A stretch of DNA of 64,000 nt from an uncultured delta proteobacterium (GTDB taxonomy: Bacteria; Desulfobacterota; Desulfobacteria; Desulfobacterales; JAFDCJ01). Location: positions 384,001-448,000 of the forward strand of contig CAVYNY010000022.1 in NCBI GenBank assembly GCA_963769935.1. The letters are read 5' to 3'. Under the pieces are notes generated by a model. That model did no database searches. It had not been told where the DNA came from and saw only the letters and a program-made list of their open reading frames with translations. A program made the position numbers and the translations under genes. Shown one piece after another: positions 10,005-19,708 of the stretch (position 1 is its first letter; each line of letters opens with the position of its first letter).

Positions 10005-10330
10005 AGGAATGTTCCGGAAGTGCTTTTTTACAAATGTTTCGGCACCCGGAATCCACCTCGTATTTATCACTTTCTCAAATACCAGCTCTGAATATTTCTG
10101 GGCATCCTCCTCTATTTTTCTTTCCGGGGATGGGTCGCCGATAATATTGTAATGGGCGTACTTGATCTTTTCTACCCGGCTGATGCCTCCGTGACGCTGG
10201 TGGTGGGCCACAATCTTCTCTACGATTTCTGGCCCGTATGGTTTGAATATTTCCCTGTACGCGTTGGTTATTGTTGCAGTCGAGTCGACGAGAACGCCGT
10301 CGAAATCAAAAAAAACATGCTGAGTTAGGT
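10005..10330 (-). pseudogene. Truncated HAD-family hydrolase fused to the IS91 remnant
   Basis: HAD motif I FFDFDGVLVDS and cap domain present; sequence switches to the transposase tail after NIPL, so later motifs are missing. Confidence 0.75.
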
Positions 10331-10477
10331 TTATACATGCTGTTTCATTTTCCTGCAGAGAGGTGACAAATTGCTTGACATCATGAAGCTGACAATACAT
10401 ATATGTGTGACAGGTAGGACGTATTACAACTCATATCTAATGTCAATATCAAATTCAACTCAACGGGATAATACCAC

Positions 10478-11230
10478 ATGAGACTAAAAACGAAACGTGC
10501 TTTAATCACCGGTGGAGCACAGGGAATCGGTTTGGCTATTGCGCAGAGATTCTGCAGGGAGGGTGCACAGGTCTGGCTTGCAGACATGAACCGGGAAAAG
10601 GGTATCGCTGCCGCGTCAGCACTGCAGGAGAATGGTGGCACGGCTGCCTTTGTATATCTCGACGTCAGCGACGATGCCAACTGGAATCAGGTGTGCGCTC
10701 AGATCGAAGAGGAAGCGGGCGGCATAGATATTCTGGTAAACAATGCCGGTATCAACATTCGTAAAGCGATCGAGGAGATGAGCGGAGAGGAGCTTGACCG
10801 CATGTACGCGGTCAACATCAAGGGACCGTTTCTCGGCATCAAGCATGTGCTGCCGATCATGAAGTCGATAGGCGGAGGATCCATTATCAATATGTCGTCC
10901 GTCTGCGGCCTTATCGGCCACCTTTACACGCCTGAGGCGTATACGACGGCGAAAGGGGCGTTGACCACCCTTACCAAGGCGGTAGCCTCCCGGTACGGAA
11001 AGTTCAATGTGCGCTGCAACTCCATCAATCCGAGCACTGCCGATACCCCGCTGGTGCAGGAGATGCTGAAGAATCCCGAGTGGAAGCAGGAGCGTCTGGG
11101 GGAGGTGCCGCTCGGCAGGATGGCAGGTCTTCATGACATTGCGGCGGCGGCACTCTACCTGGCCTCGGAAGACGGCAGTTTTATCAATGGCGTCGCACTG
11201 CCCGTCGACGGGGGCGTCACGGCTTATTGA
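10478..11230 (+). CDS. SDR-family NAD(P)-dependent oxidoreductase
   Basis: TGGAQGIG, NNAG, YTTAK, DGG. Confidence 0.95.
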   Translation: MRLKTKRALITGGAQGIGLAIAQRFCREGAQVWLADMNREKGIAAASALQENGGTAAFVYLDVSDDANWNQVCAQIEEEAGGIDILVNNAGINIRKAIEEMSGEELDRMYAVNIKGPFLGIKHVLPIMKSIGGGSIINMSSVCGLIGHLYTPEAYTTAKGALTTLTKAVASRYGKFNVRCNSINPSTADTPLVQEMLKNPEWKQERLGEVPLGRMAGLHDIAAAALYLASEDGSFINGVALPVDGGVTAY

Positions 11231-11306
11231 CCGCGAGCCTGCACACAGAAGATGGCGGTGAAGGACAGTGGTTGTTCAGGCAGCGGGACGAGCCGGGGAT
11301 GAGCAC

Positions 11307-12017
11307 GTGAATACCATTCCAATAAAAAATATAAAAAGCGAGAAGGTTCATGCCCAGATATATGAGCAGATAAAAACGCTTTTGCTGGACGGCCACTGGA
11401 AGGCCGGGGAGAAGATCCCCTCGGAAGCGGAGCTGTGCCGTATGACCGGCGTCAGCAGAGTATCGGTCAGGACAGCGCTCAAATCCCTCATCGCCCAGGG
11501 CTTTCTGGTCTCGCGTCAGGGGGAGGGCACCTTCGTGGTGGACGTCTCCGTCGACATGAACATGGAACTGCTGGTGCCGATAATCGGCCTGGACAAACGC
11601 AATATTCTCGAAGTCCTGCAGTATCGCAAAATTCTTGAAGTGGGAATCGTCCCCCTCATCTTCAAGAACCTTACCGAGAGCAATCTCGTGGATCTGGAGA
11701 GAAACCTGGTTGAGCTCGAGCAGACGCCGGAAGAAGAAATCGCCACAATTACCGAGCTGGATCTCGAGTTTCACCGCCTGCTCTGTCAGATCTCAGGAAA
11801 CTCCTTGATCATCAAAGTGAACAGGATCCTGGGAAATCTTTTCAGAAAATCAATGGAAGATGTGGTGATTGCGCTGGGCAACCAGACCGGAAGGAAGTAT
11901 CACAGAAGAATTTTTGCAGCCATAAGCGAGGGGGACCAGCAGAAAACAGCGGCGCTGGTAGAGGAGCATATCGAGAATACCATAGAGAGCATTGAACGGG
12001 CGAAACAAAAAAAATAA
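11307..12017 (+). CDS. GntR/FadR-family transcriptional regulator
   Basis: IPSEAELCRMTGVSRVSVRTAL...RQGEGTFV wHTH and FCD (DLEFH, SGN); GTG 11307 preferred, 11268 possible. Confidence 0.93.
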   Translation: MNTIPIKNIKSEKVHAQIYEQIKTLLLDGHWKAGEKIPSEAELCRMTGVSRVSVRTALKSLIAQGFLVSRQGEGTFVVDVSVDMNMELLVPIIGLDKRNILEVLQYRKILEVGIVPLIFKNLTESNLVDLERNLVELEQTPEEEIATITELDLEFHRLLCQISGNSLIIKVNRILGNLFRKSMEDVVIALGNQTGRKYHRRIFAAISEGDQQKTAALVEEHIENTIESIERAKQKK

Positions 12018-12079
12018 GCCGTGGCGGGCGTTTCGATCACGGATAAAAACCAACAACAAACCAGAGGTGAGAAGAGAAA

Positions 12080-12718
12080 ATGGACGAGTCAAAAATGATA
12101 GAAGAGCTGATCACATACAGTAAAATCCTCTATGAACGCAAACTGATTCACGCCACCGGCGGCAACACCAGCGTGCGTGACGGTGATGTCGTCTGGATCA
12201 GCCAGACAGGTGCAAGGCTCGGCGAACTGAAGGAAAGCGAGGTCGTAAAAGTCGACCTCAACGGTACGGTGCTCGGCGGCAGCGCCCCCTCCAAGGAAAT
12301 GGGAATGCATCTGGCCATGTATCGGGCCAGGAAGGAGGCACGAGCCGCAATCCATGTCCATCCTACCTTTTCCATTGCCCTGTCGACGCTGATAAGCGAA
12401 GAGACAAAAGATGCCGTGCCGCCGTATACCGCAGCCTTTTATGTACGGGCGGGAAAAGTGCCGATGATCCCGTATCACGCCTCGGGCTCTCATTCCCTCC
12501 ACGTCGCGGTGGAAGCGCTTGCGCCGAAATACCACGCTCTGCTGCTGCGCCAGCATGGCCTGCTCGTTTCCGGAAAGGATATGGCCGATACGCTCGGCAT
12601 TGTCGAGGAGATCGAACAGTGCTGCCAGGTGGCCGTTGCCGTCGGCAAGACGGGAGAGTATCTCAAGGAATCGGAGCGGGCGGCAATTGATGAGGCAATG
12701 GGTAGAACCTGGGAATAA
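12080..12718 (+). CDS. Class II aldolase/adducin-family protein (OtnC-like decarboxylase or aldolase)
   Basis: GGNTS, PSKEMGMH, IHVHP, LLRQHG metal-binding motifs. Confidence 0.9.
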   Translation: MDESKMIEELITYSKILYERKLIHATGGNTSVRDGDVVWISQTGARLGELKESEVVKVDLNGTVLGGSAPSKEMGMHLAMYRARKEARAAIHVHPTFSIALSTLISEETKDAVPPYTAAFYVRAGKVPMIPYHASGSHSLHVAVEALAPKYHALLLRQHGLLVSGKDMADTLGIVEEIEQCCQVAVAVGKTGEYLKESERAAIDEAMGRTWE

Positions 12719-12739
12719 TTTTTCATGTGAAGGTACACT

Positions 12740-14098
12740 ATGAATCCACTATTGATGGCTTTTTACGGAGATGATTTTACCGGGTCCGCCGATGCCATGG
12801 AGGCGCTGACCATAAATGGCGTCAGAACCGCCCTGTTCCTCGGTCACCCAACCCAGGAGAGACTCAACAAAAGCCTGGCGGATCTGCAGGCGGTGGGTAT
12901 TTCCGGCGTCAGCCGGACGATGACGCCAAAACAGATGGATGATGAACTGCCGGATCAGCTGGCGCTGCTCAACAGCCTCAACCCGCGGCTGCTCCACTAC
13001 AAGGTGTGCGCCACGTTTGATTCTTCTGCGGCAATAGGCTCTCTCGGACATGCCGCCGATATTGCCTTTACCGTCATGAATCCCGATTACGGGGTTATTG
13101 TCCAGGGGGTTCCCCTGCTTGGTCGCTACATCGTCTTTGGCAATCACTTCACGGTATATGGCGACGAACGGTACCGGCTTGACCGGCATCCGGTGATGAG
13201 CAAGCACCCGATCACGCCGATGAGCGAGGGCGATCTGAGGGTACATTTTGCCACCATGTCGAAGAAAACGGTAAAGCTTATCGATCTGCTTCATCTCGGT
13301 GAATCCTACGAGGCGCTTTCTGATCGGTTCGACCGCTATGCGAAGGAAAACGACATTATTCTCTTTGATACCCTGGATGACAACCATCTCCTGCAGATTG
13401 GCAGGCTGCTGCATGACAAGTCTGCCAACGGCAGTATCTTCGCCATCGGTTCCTCCGGTTTTGAATATGCCATGGCCACCTACTGGCGTAAAAAGGGAAT
13501 TGTCGACAAACCCAAGGATTTTCCATCCATCGGGCCGGTTGAGCAGCTGATCGTCATGTCCGGCAGTGCGGCGGAAAACACAGCCGAGCAGATCAGATAT
13601 GCCGTTTCGCACGGGTTCGAGGGGATCACCTTGAACACCGATCTTCTCGTAGATGACCAGACGGCGGCAGACGAGAGAAACCGGGTCATCAGCAAGGGGC
13701 TTGAATTTCTGAGAAATTTCAAGAATATACTGATCTCCGCAACAATAGGTCCTGATGACCCGATCATCAAAAAAACGAGAGACAGAATCAGGGAACTTGG
13801 CATTGATGCCAGTGAAACCGGGAAAATCATCGCCAAACAGCAGGGCCTTATCCTTCGGGCGCTGTTATCGGAAACCGGTCTTGGCAGGATCTGTGTTGCC
13901 GGTGGGGACACCTGCAGTTATTCGCTGCGCCAACTGGATATCCACTCGCTGGAATTGTTGATGCCGATTGCTCCCGCAGCGCCGCTGTGTCTCGCTTTTT
14001 CCGACAACCCGTCGTTTGACAGGCTGCAGGTTGCCTCCAAAGGCGGGCAGATTGGTGCGGTTGACTATTTCATACAGGTATTGGAGGGCAGGAGATGA
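12740..14098 (+). CDS. Four-carbon acid sugar kinase family (DUF1537), OiaK-like
   Basis: YGDDFTGSADA, HYKVCATFDSS, RLDRHPVMSKHPITPM, AGGDT, KGGQIG. Confidence 0.9.
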   Translation: MNPLLMAFYGDDFTGSADAMEALTINGVRTALFLGHPTQERLNKSLADLQAVGISGVSRTMTPKQMDDELPDQLALLNSLNPRLLHYKVCATFDSSAAIGSLGHAADIAFTVMNPDYGVIVQGVPLLGRYIVFGNHFTVYGDERYRLDRHPVMSKHPITPMSEGDLRVHFATMSKKTVKLIDLLHLGESYEALSDRFDRYAKENDIILFDTLDDNHLLQIGRLLHDKSANGSIFAIGSSGFEYAMATYWRKKGIVDKPKDFPSIGPVEQLIVMSGSAAENTAEQIRYAVSHGFEGITLNTDLLVDDQTAADERNRVISKGLEFLRNFKNILISATIGPDDPIIKKTRDRIRELGIDASETGKIIAKQQGLILRALLSETGLGRICVAGGDTCSYSLRQLDIHSLELLMPIAPAAPLCLAFSDNPSFDRLQVASKGGQIGAVDYFIQVLEGRR

Positions 14099-15138
14099 CA
14101 AAAACCATGAAGGCCCTGGTACTCGAAGAATACAACAAACTCGTCTACAAGGATATGCCGGTTCCGGGTATCAGCGAAACCGAGGTGCTGATCGAGGTGA
14201 AGGCCTGCGGTATCTGCGGCAGCGATGTTCACGGCATGGACGGGAGCAGCGGCAGGAGACATACCCCGCTGATCATGGGGCATGAGGCCTCAGGTATTAT
14301 TGTTGCCCGAGGAGAGCAGGTGAGCTCTTTTTCTGAGGGTGACCGGGTTACGTTTGATTCCACCATCTATTGCGGGAAATGTTTCTACTGCCGGAAGGGA
14401 CTGATCAACCTCTGCGATAACCGTAGGGTGCTCGGCGTTTCCCCGAAGGAATACCGCCAGCATGGAGCCTTCGCCCAGTATGTGGTTGTACCGGAACATA
14501 TCCTCTACCGCTTGCCGGATGGGCTGTCCTTCGAACAGGCGGCGATGGTAGAGCCGGTTTCAATCGCCTTCCATGCGGTCAATCTTACCCCGATTTCCCT
14601 CAACGACAGTGTCGTTGTGATCGGTGCCGGCATGGTCGGGCTCTTTGTCGTGCAGGCCTTGCGGGCAGCTGGGTGCGGAACCATAATTGCCGTTGATATT
14701 GAACAGAGCAAGCTTGATACGGCCCTGAAGCTCGGTGCCGACCATGGTCTGCTGGCCGGAGCGGTCGATGTCCCGGAAGCAGTCAGAGGCCTGACTGAAA
14801 ATCATGGAGCGGCGCTGGCGGTAGAGGTTGTCGGCAATACTGCCGCTGTCAATACGGCGATCTCCTCTCTGCGTAAAGGCGGCTCCCTCACCATCATCGG
14901 CAATCTTTCGCCAACAGTGGAGTTCCCGCTGCAGGAAGTGGTTACCAGGCAGATCAGCGTTAACGGTTCATGTTCATCCTGCGGTGAGTATCCCGCCTGC
15001 CTTGACCTGATTGCCCGCGGGGTGATCAATGTTGACGAGATGATCAGCAAGGTGGCGCCGCTGGCCGAGGGTGCAGACTGGTTCCGGCGCCTGTATAACC
15101 AGGAGAAGGGGCTGATGAAGGTGATTCTGCAGCCGTAG
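14095..15138 (+). CDS. Zn-dependent polyol/sugar dehydrogenase (MDR family)
   Basis: CGICGSD, GHE, C-x2-C-x2-C-x7-C, GAGMVG. Confidence 0.93.
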   Translation: MTKTMKALVLEEYNKLVYKDMPVPGISETEVLIEVKACGICGSDVHGMDGSSGRRHTPLIMGHEASGIIVARGEQVSSFSEGDRVTFDSTIYCGKCFYCRKGLINLCDNRRVLGVSPKEYRQHGAFAQYVVVPEHILYRLPDGLSFEQAAMVEPVSIAFHAVNLTPISLNDSVVVIGAGMVGLFVVQALRAAGCGTIIAVDIEQSKLDTALKLGADHGLLAGAVDVPEAVRGLTENHGAALAVEVVGNTAAVNTAISSLRKGGSLTIIGNLSPTVEFPLQEVVTRQISVNGSCSSCGEYPACLDLIARGVINVDEMISKVAPLAEGADWFRRLYNQEKGLMKVILQP

Positions 15139-15573
15139 GGTTTCTCCTCATATCTCGAAAAAACCGGCCGGACCGCAGCCAGGAGCCATTCCGGCACAGT
15201 CCGGCCGGTATCCTCTGCTCAACACGATTGTTCTCCGCCGCCGCAGCACGGTCAAACGACCAGACAGGACAGATGCCGCCCCATCTGCGATGAGCCCTTT
15301 TTTCTTTTCGAATTGAATTGAATTTTCGTGTAAAATAAAATCATTATTCTTGTATTCGTGCTTTTCTCGGCGTGGCAGATTTTTGGATGGCGGCAGCGGT
15401 TGAGGTGAGCTGAGCGATATATCAGTGCAGAGATGGGCGGAAAATGCTCGGAGAATCCCGGAATATCTCTCTAGTGTTTCAGATCATAGCCCGTTCGCCT
15501 ACAGCTTCGCTGTTGAGTTCCTTGTCGGAAGAAGGTTCTGCCGGCAGGCGGAGCTGGAAACGGTCGACAAATC

Positions 15574-16898
15574 TTACACACAGATGAAGGATTCGGTGGG
15601 CGGGCTATTGGTTCGCGGGGGCGGTCTGTGTTTAACATCCCATAAGTCCAGGTGCGTGAGGATTTTTTTGACGAGCTGCTCTTCCTCGATAAATGAAATT
15701 ATTTTCATAGACCCCAGGCACTTAGAACACACCAATGGATTAATCCCGCCGGGGCGGGATAGATTTTCTGTATCAAACGAGCCCAGCTTTTACGGAATTC
15801 TTTAGATGAAAGCTCAGATTCAATCAACGCCGGGACTACATCATCGGTGCTGGCTTTTTTGCGTAAGCCGCGCGATTTATTGGAATAAAATCCATAATAT
15901 CTGACCATTTGCTCGCCACGGTTCGGGATATGGGCGGTCAGCTGTGCGAGCCAATCCAGAGCATCAAACGTTTTACTGGTCTTCCCATCCTTTGACTCAT
16001 AAATGACTTTTGCCACGCCGTTGGCTGATTCACCAGCCGCAATATATGTCATGCGCTCTTGGGAAAAGGAGGCTCGAATAATATAGCGCGCCAGGTTTTC
16101 CAGGCCGTCTTCATTGTGCGGCCAAATGGCTTTACCACAGTACACGTGGAATCCGCTGTGACGCCAATTCATCATATTCTCGATGATGACATCCGTGATT
16201 TTGCCTTCGGCTTTGAGCATTTTGAACACTTCATAGCGAAACAGCTTTTCAAGCTCACCGGTATCAGGTGATGGGCATACCATGAAGGCGTTATCGTTGT
16301 AAAAGCAGCCATCGGTGGCCAGCACATGTAAATGCGGATGAAAATTTTGAAAATCACCAAACGACTGAACGGCGACTGCAGCACCGGCTTTGGCATCATC
16401 ATAGGCTATCGCTTGGGTTAAATACAAGTTCAGCACTTTCCAGGCGCAACGGCTCAGTTTTGTGAGCAGTTTACGGTCAAACATGAAATAGATCCGCAAT
16501 CTTTTTGGAATGCTGAATACCCATTGCCGGTGCGGCACATATTTTAGCACTTCTGTGCATAACCATTCGCCGAATTCCACCACCCGTTTCTGATGGCATG
16601 ATGGACAAAAATGGCGACGCTTGCATGAAAATGCCAACAAATATTCATGGCCGCAATCTTCACATTTAACGCGCGCAAAGCCAAAATGTAAATCCCCACA
16701 ATCCATATAGCGCTGAATGACATCCGTCACATAAGGCCGCCAAAAGCCAAAGCGGCGCTGATAACGATCATCCCAGACAGCTTCCAACTGTTCAAAATGA
16801 TCTTCGACGCAGCGGTAATAGGCGCTTGCCTTGGGATTGCGCGGTTGATAAACATCAAAATCAATTGTAGTAGGGCACGCGTTTAACATATTGACCAA
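15574..16898 (-). mobile_element. IS91/ISCR-like rolling-circle transposase with frameshifted C-terminus
   Basis: Zn domain CEDCGH...FSCKRRHFCPSC, HUH FHPHLH, LARYIIR, VRYYGFYSN; tail NPLVCSKC...KILTHLDLW continues in another frame to TAA at 15574. Confidence 0.88.
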
Positions 16899-17206
16899 TC
16901 CAACACGGAAAATACGAGTACCCTACACGATCAAAATGTATGCGTAAATGTAAATATCTATGTATATATAAATCGATATTTTTTAAAAGTCTTTTTATTC
17001 GAATCATTCATTTTCAACCAATACGATAATCTGTAAAATTCCCAAGAATTTACCGTGCAATAATGGAACAATCTCTTTGCTGAGATTTAGAGCGCCTGAG
17101 CTGAATATATGGAAAATTGATGCGATCAGGTTTTTGGGGAAGAATGCAGATAGGAACTTAGAGGAAACAAAACTGTGCCAAAATCGATCGCTTTTGTTGA
17201 GTCACA

Positions 17207-18559
17207 TTATTTTCTGCCTTGCTGCCGGAATATAGCTTCCGTAATCGCATCTAAAAATTCAGGAATGTCCCAAGGCGCCCTAGCTGTTACTATTCTACCC
17301 TCTATAACAGCTGACCAATCGCCATTATATGTTCCACCCATGATAGGAACAATATCTATAACTTGGGTAATACCAGCAGCCTTCTTGCCTTCAAGAATGC
17401 CGGCAGCTGCAGAAGCTATAGTTCCGTGACAAATAGTTGCAACGATCTTACCAGCGCTATAAGCTTCTTTTAGAAATTTTTCATTTCCAGTCGAAACTAT
17501 GTTCCACGGACCAAATCCACCAGGTACCACAATGACATCAAAATCCAAAGTACGAATGTCTTTTAATGCACAAATCTTATATCTGCTTGTAGGAACTTCT
17601 TGTATAGGAATAGTAGTACCAACACTACCCATAACTATATCTAATCCTATGCCTCCAGTGCGGGCTCTTTGTGCAGTAGGAAAAGTACCGAAGGTTACCT
17701 CAGCGCCTCGATACAATAATTCCAGGAAGGGAACACACATTTCAATATCTTCATAATCTTCGCCGGCAATAAATAATACTCTTGTTCCTTTTAAGCTATC
17801 CTTTCTTGGATCCGTAAACTTTGGGTCGACCATTTTAGCTAATTCTCTAACGAATTCAGGAGTATCAACAGTATTTTGAGCGGTAATTAGTTTGCCGTCA
17901 ACAACAACAGCTGCATCAGTATAAGTACCTATCCTTTCAAGCATCATTTTAACAACTCTGCTACCAGTGGATTTTTTGCCATTCATGATGCCGACACGGA
18001 TATACGGCATGGTACCTTCACCAATAGCACCCATGATAGCACCGCTATCAGAACAAGTTTTTACAAAATCCCAAACTGCAGATTCTGACAGCATGATATC
18101 GGCGGAATGATTACCTAAAACGACAAGTACATCGTAATCCTTAGGATCAGCATCTTTCATGCTCTTATACGTCCCACCCTTATCAAAAGCTATGGTTTGG
18201 ATAGGATCTACATGTAATCCCCATTGACCTTCAACGCCTTTGGTAATTACTGCAGGTCTTGTATTTTTCCAAAAAACCCAGTCAACCAAGATCCATTCGA
18301 TAGTTCCACCAAATTCGCCTACATAATGCAATAATTCGTAAGCTTGATAATCACTAAATTCAGCAGCAATGAGTAAACCTACTTTTTTTCCTACCAATGG
18401 ACCTACTGGTTTTCTTTGCCCACCATATTTTCCTTCTCTTCCGTCCCATATTGTTGCAGTACCATCTTGAAAAACTCTAACGCCTGTTTTCTTTACAGCT
18501 TCCATAAAGCTTGTTGACTTTGGTAATGTTTTATTCATAAATCCTTTTTTCATAACCAA
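17207..18559 (-). CDS. Tandem DJ-1/PfpI-domain protein
   Basis: Two repeats with VVDGKLITA / VIEGRIVTA; second domain has YEDIE, VPGG and ICHG. Confidence 0.85.
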   Translation of the reverse strand: MVMKKGFMNKTLPKSTSFMEAVKKTGVRVFQDGTATIWDGREGKYGGQRKPVGPLVGKKVGLLIAAEFSDYQAYELLHYVGEFGGTIEWILVDWVFWKNTRPAVITKGVEGQWGLHVDPIQTIAFDKGGTYKSMKDADPKDYDVLVVLGNHSADIMLSESAVWDFVKTCSDSGAIMGAIGEGTMPYIRVGIMNGKKSTGSRVVKMMLERIGTYTDAAVVVDGKLITAQNTVDTPEFVRELAKMVDPKFTDPRKDSLKGTRVLFIAGEDYEDIEMCVPFLELLYRGAEVTFGTFPTAQRARTGGIGLDIVMGSVGTTIPIQEVPTSRYKICALKDIRTLDFDVIVVPGGFGPWNIVSTGNEKFLKEAYSAGKIVATICHGTIASAAAGILEGKKAAGITQVIDIVPIMGGTYNGDWSAVIEGRIVTARAPWDIPEFLDAITEAIFRQQGRK

Positions 18560-18609
18560 TCCTCAATCCATGCTGAACAAATTAATTTTATCCAAAGCCC
18601 GCAAAAAGC

Positions 18610-19665
18610 TCACACATTTCCCCGGCTTCTACGCACGCGGATCGCGTCGACCAGCACAGCAAAGAAGATCATCAAGCCTCCCACCATGTCTACGTAGAAC
18701 GCCGAGATGTTGGTGATTTGCAGCGCAACTTTGACGACCGTGAGCAAGAGCACACCTCCGAGCATTCCGATAACTCGGCCTCGACCACCATAAAGTGAGA
18801 CGCCACCGATTATCGGTGCGGCGATTGCATAGAGCAAAAGATCCCTGCCAACGGTCCTGTTGATGCCGTTGAGCCACGACGTGACTAGAAAGCCAGCCAA
18901 GGCTGCCATAGTTGCGGAAACGATGAAGGCCTGAATCTTCGTCCTACTTACGTTGATACCAGCCGTGAACGCGGCGCGTGGGTTACCTCCCACGGCGTAG
19001 ATGCGGCGGCCCCATGTTGTGCGACTCAGCACGACTGCGGCGATGGCATAGACGAGCAGGAAAGCAGCGGGCATGATCGGCCATCCGCCGACACGCTCAT
19101 TCCCGATAAGGAGATAGCCGGGGTTCTCAACAACCTTTGTGGCACCTCTCGTCACTGCTAACAGCGCTCCCTGGAGTACAAGGCCCATGGCAAGCGTCTC
19201 AATCAGTGAGTTCATTCCTATCTTGGTTACGCAGAACCCGTTGAACAGTCCGATACCTGCGCCGGTCGCCAGTACCGCTAGTAAAGCAATTGCGGCAGGC
19301 ATATTGCCGTTTGGCTCAACCAGTATGACGCCTACCCATCCGGCGAACCCAAGGACGCCGATAACCGACAGGTCGATATCTCCGATGAGCAGGGTGTGCG
19401 AGACCCCTAAAACAATCACCCCGAGCACGGTGGCCTGGATCAAAATGTTCTTTAAATTCGCGATAGTGAGGAAGAAGTCATTCGCGTAACCTGCCCCGAA
19501 AGAGAAAAGGATGATGAGCAGCCAAACAACGTTGTCCAAGAGCCGATCGACGATCAAACGGCTCTGCAGCCCGCTTATGAAACGAGCCGGCCAACCTCGG
19601 GTCTCGATAGGGATGGCAAGTTTCACTGGCTCTTCTTTTTTCACTGCTGTCTCTTGTTGCCTCAT
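18610..19665 (-). CDS. Monosaccharide ABC transporter permease
   Basis: GDIDLSV, GRRIYAVGGN..AA..AGI, IGGVSLYGGRG. Confidence 0.95.
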   Translation of the reverse strand: MRQQETAVKKEEPVKLAIPIETRGWPARFISGLQSRLIVDRLLDNVVWLLIILFSFGAGYANDFFLTIANLKNILIQATVLGVIVLGVSHTLLIGDIDLSVIGVLGFAGWVGVILVEPNGNMPAAIALLAVLATGAGIGLFNGFCVTKIGMNSLIETLAMGLVLQGALLAVTRGATKVVENPGYLLIGNERVGGWPIMPAAFLLVYAIAAVVLSRTTWGRRIYAVGGNPRAAFTAGINVSRTKIQAFIVSATMAALAGFLVTSWLNGINRTVGRDLLLYAIAAPIIGGVSLYGGRGRVIGMLGGVLLLTVVKVALQITNISAFYVDMVGGLMIFFAVLVDAIRVRRSRGNV

Positions 19666-19708
19666 CAGCTACCTCATTGCGCCCTTTCGCGTTACGGAGG
19701 GCAGATCC

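Noticed and set aside
9900..10400. Novel 166-aa fusion protein
   Set aside because: Chimera of a truncated HAD gene and a transposase tail, lacking later HAD motifs
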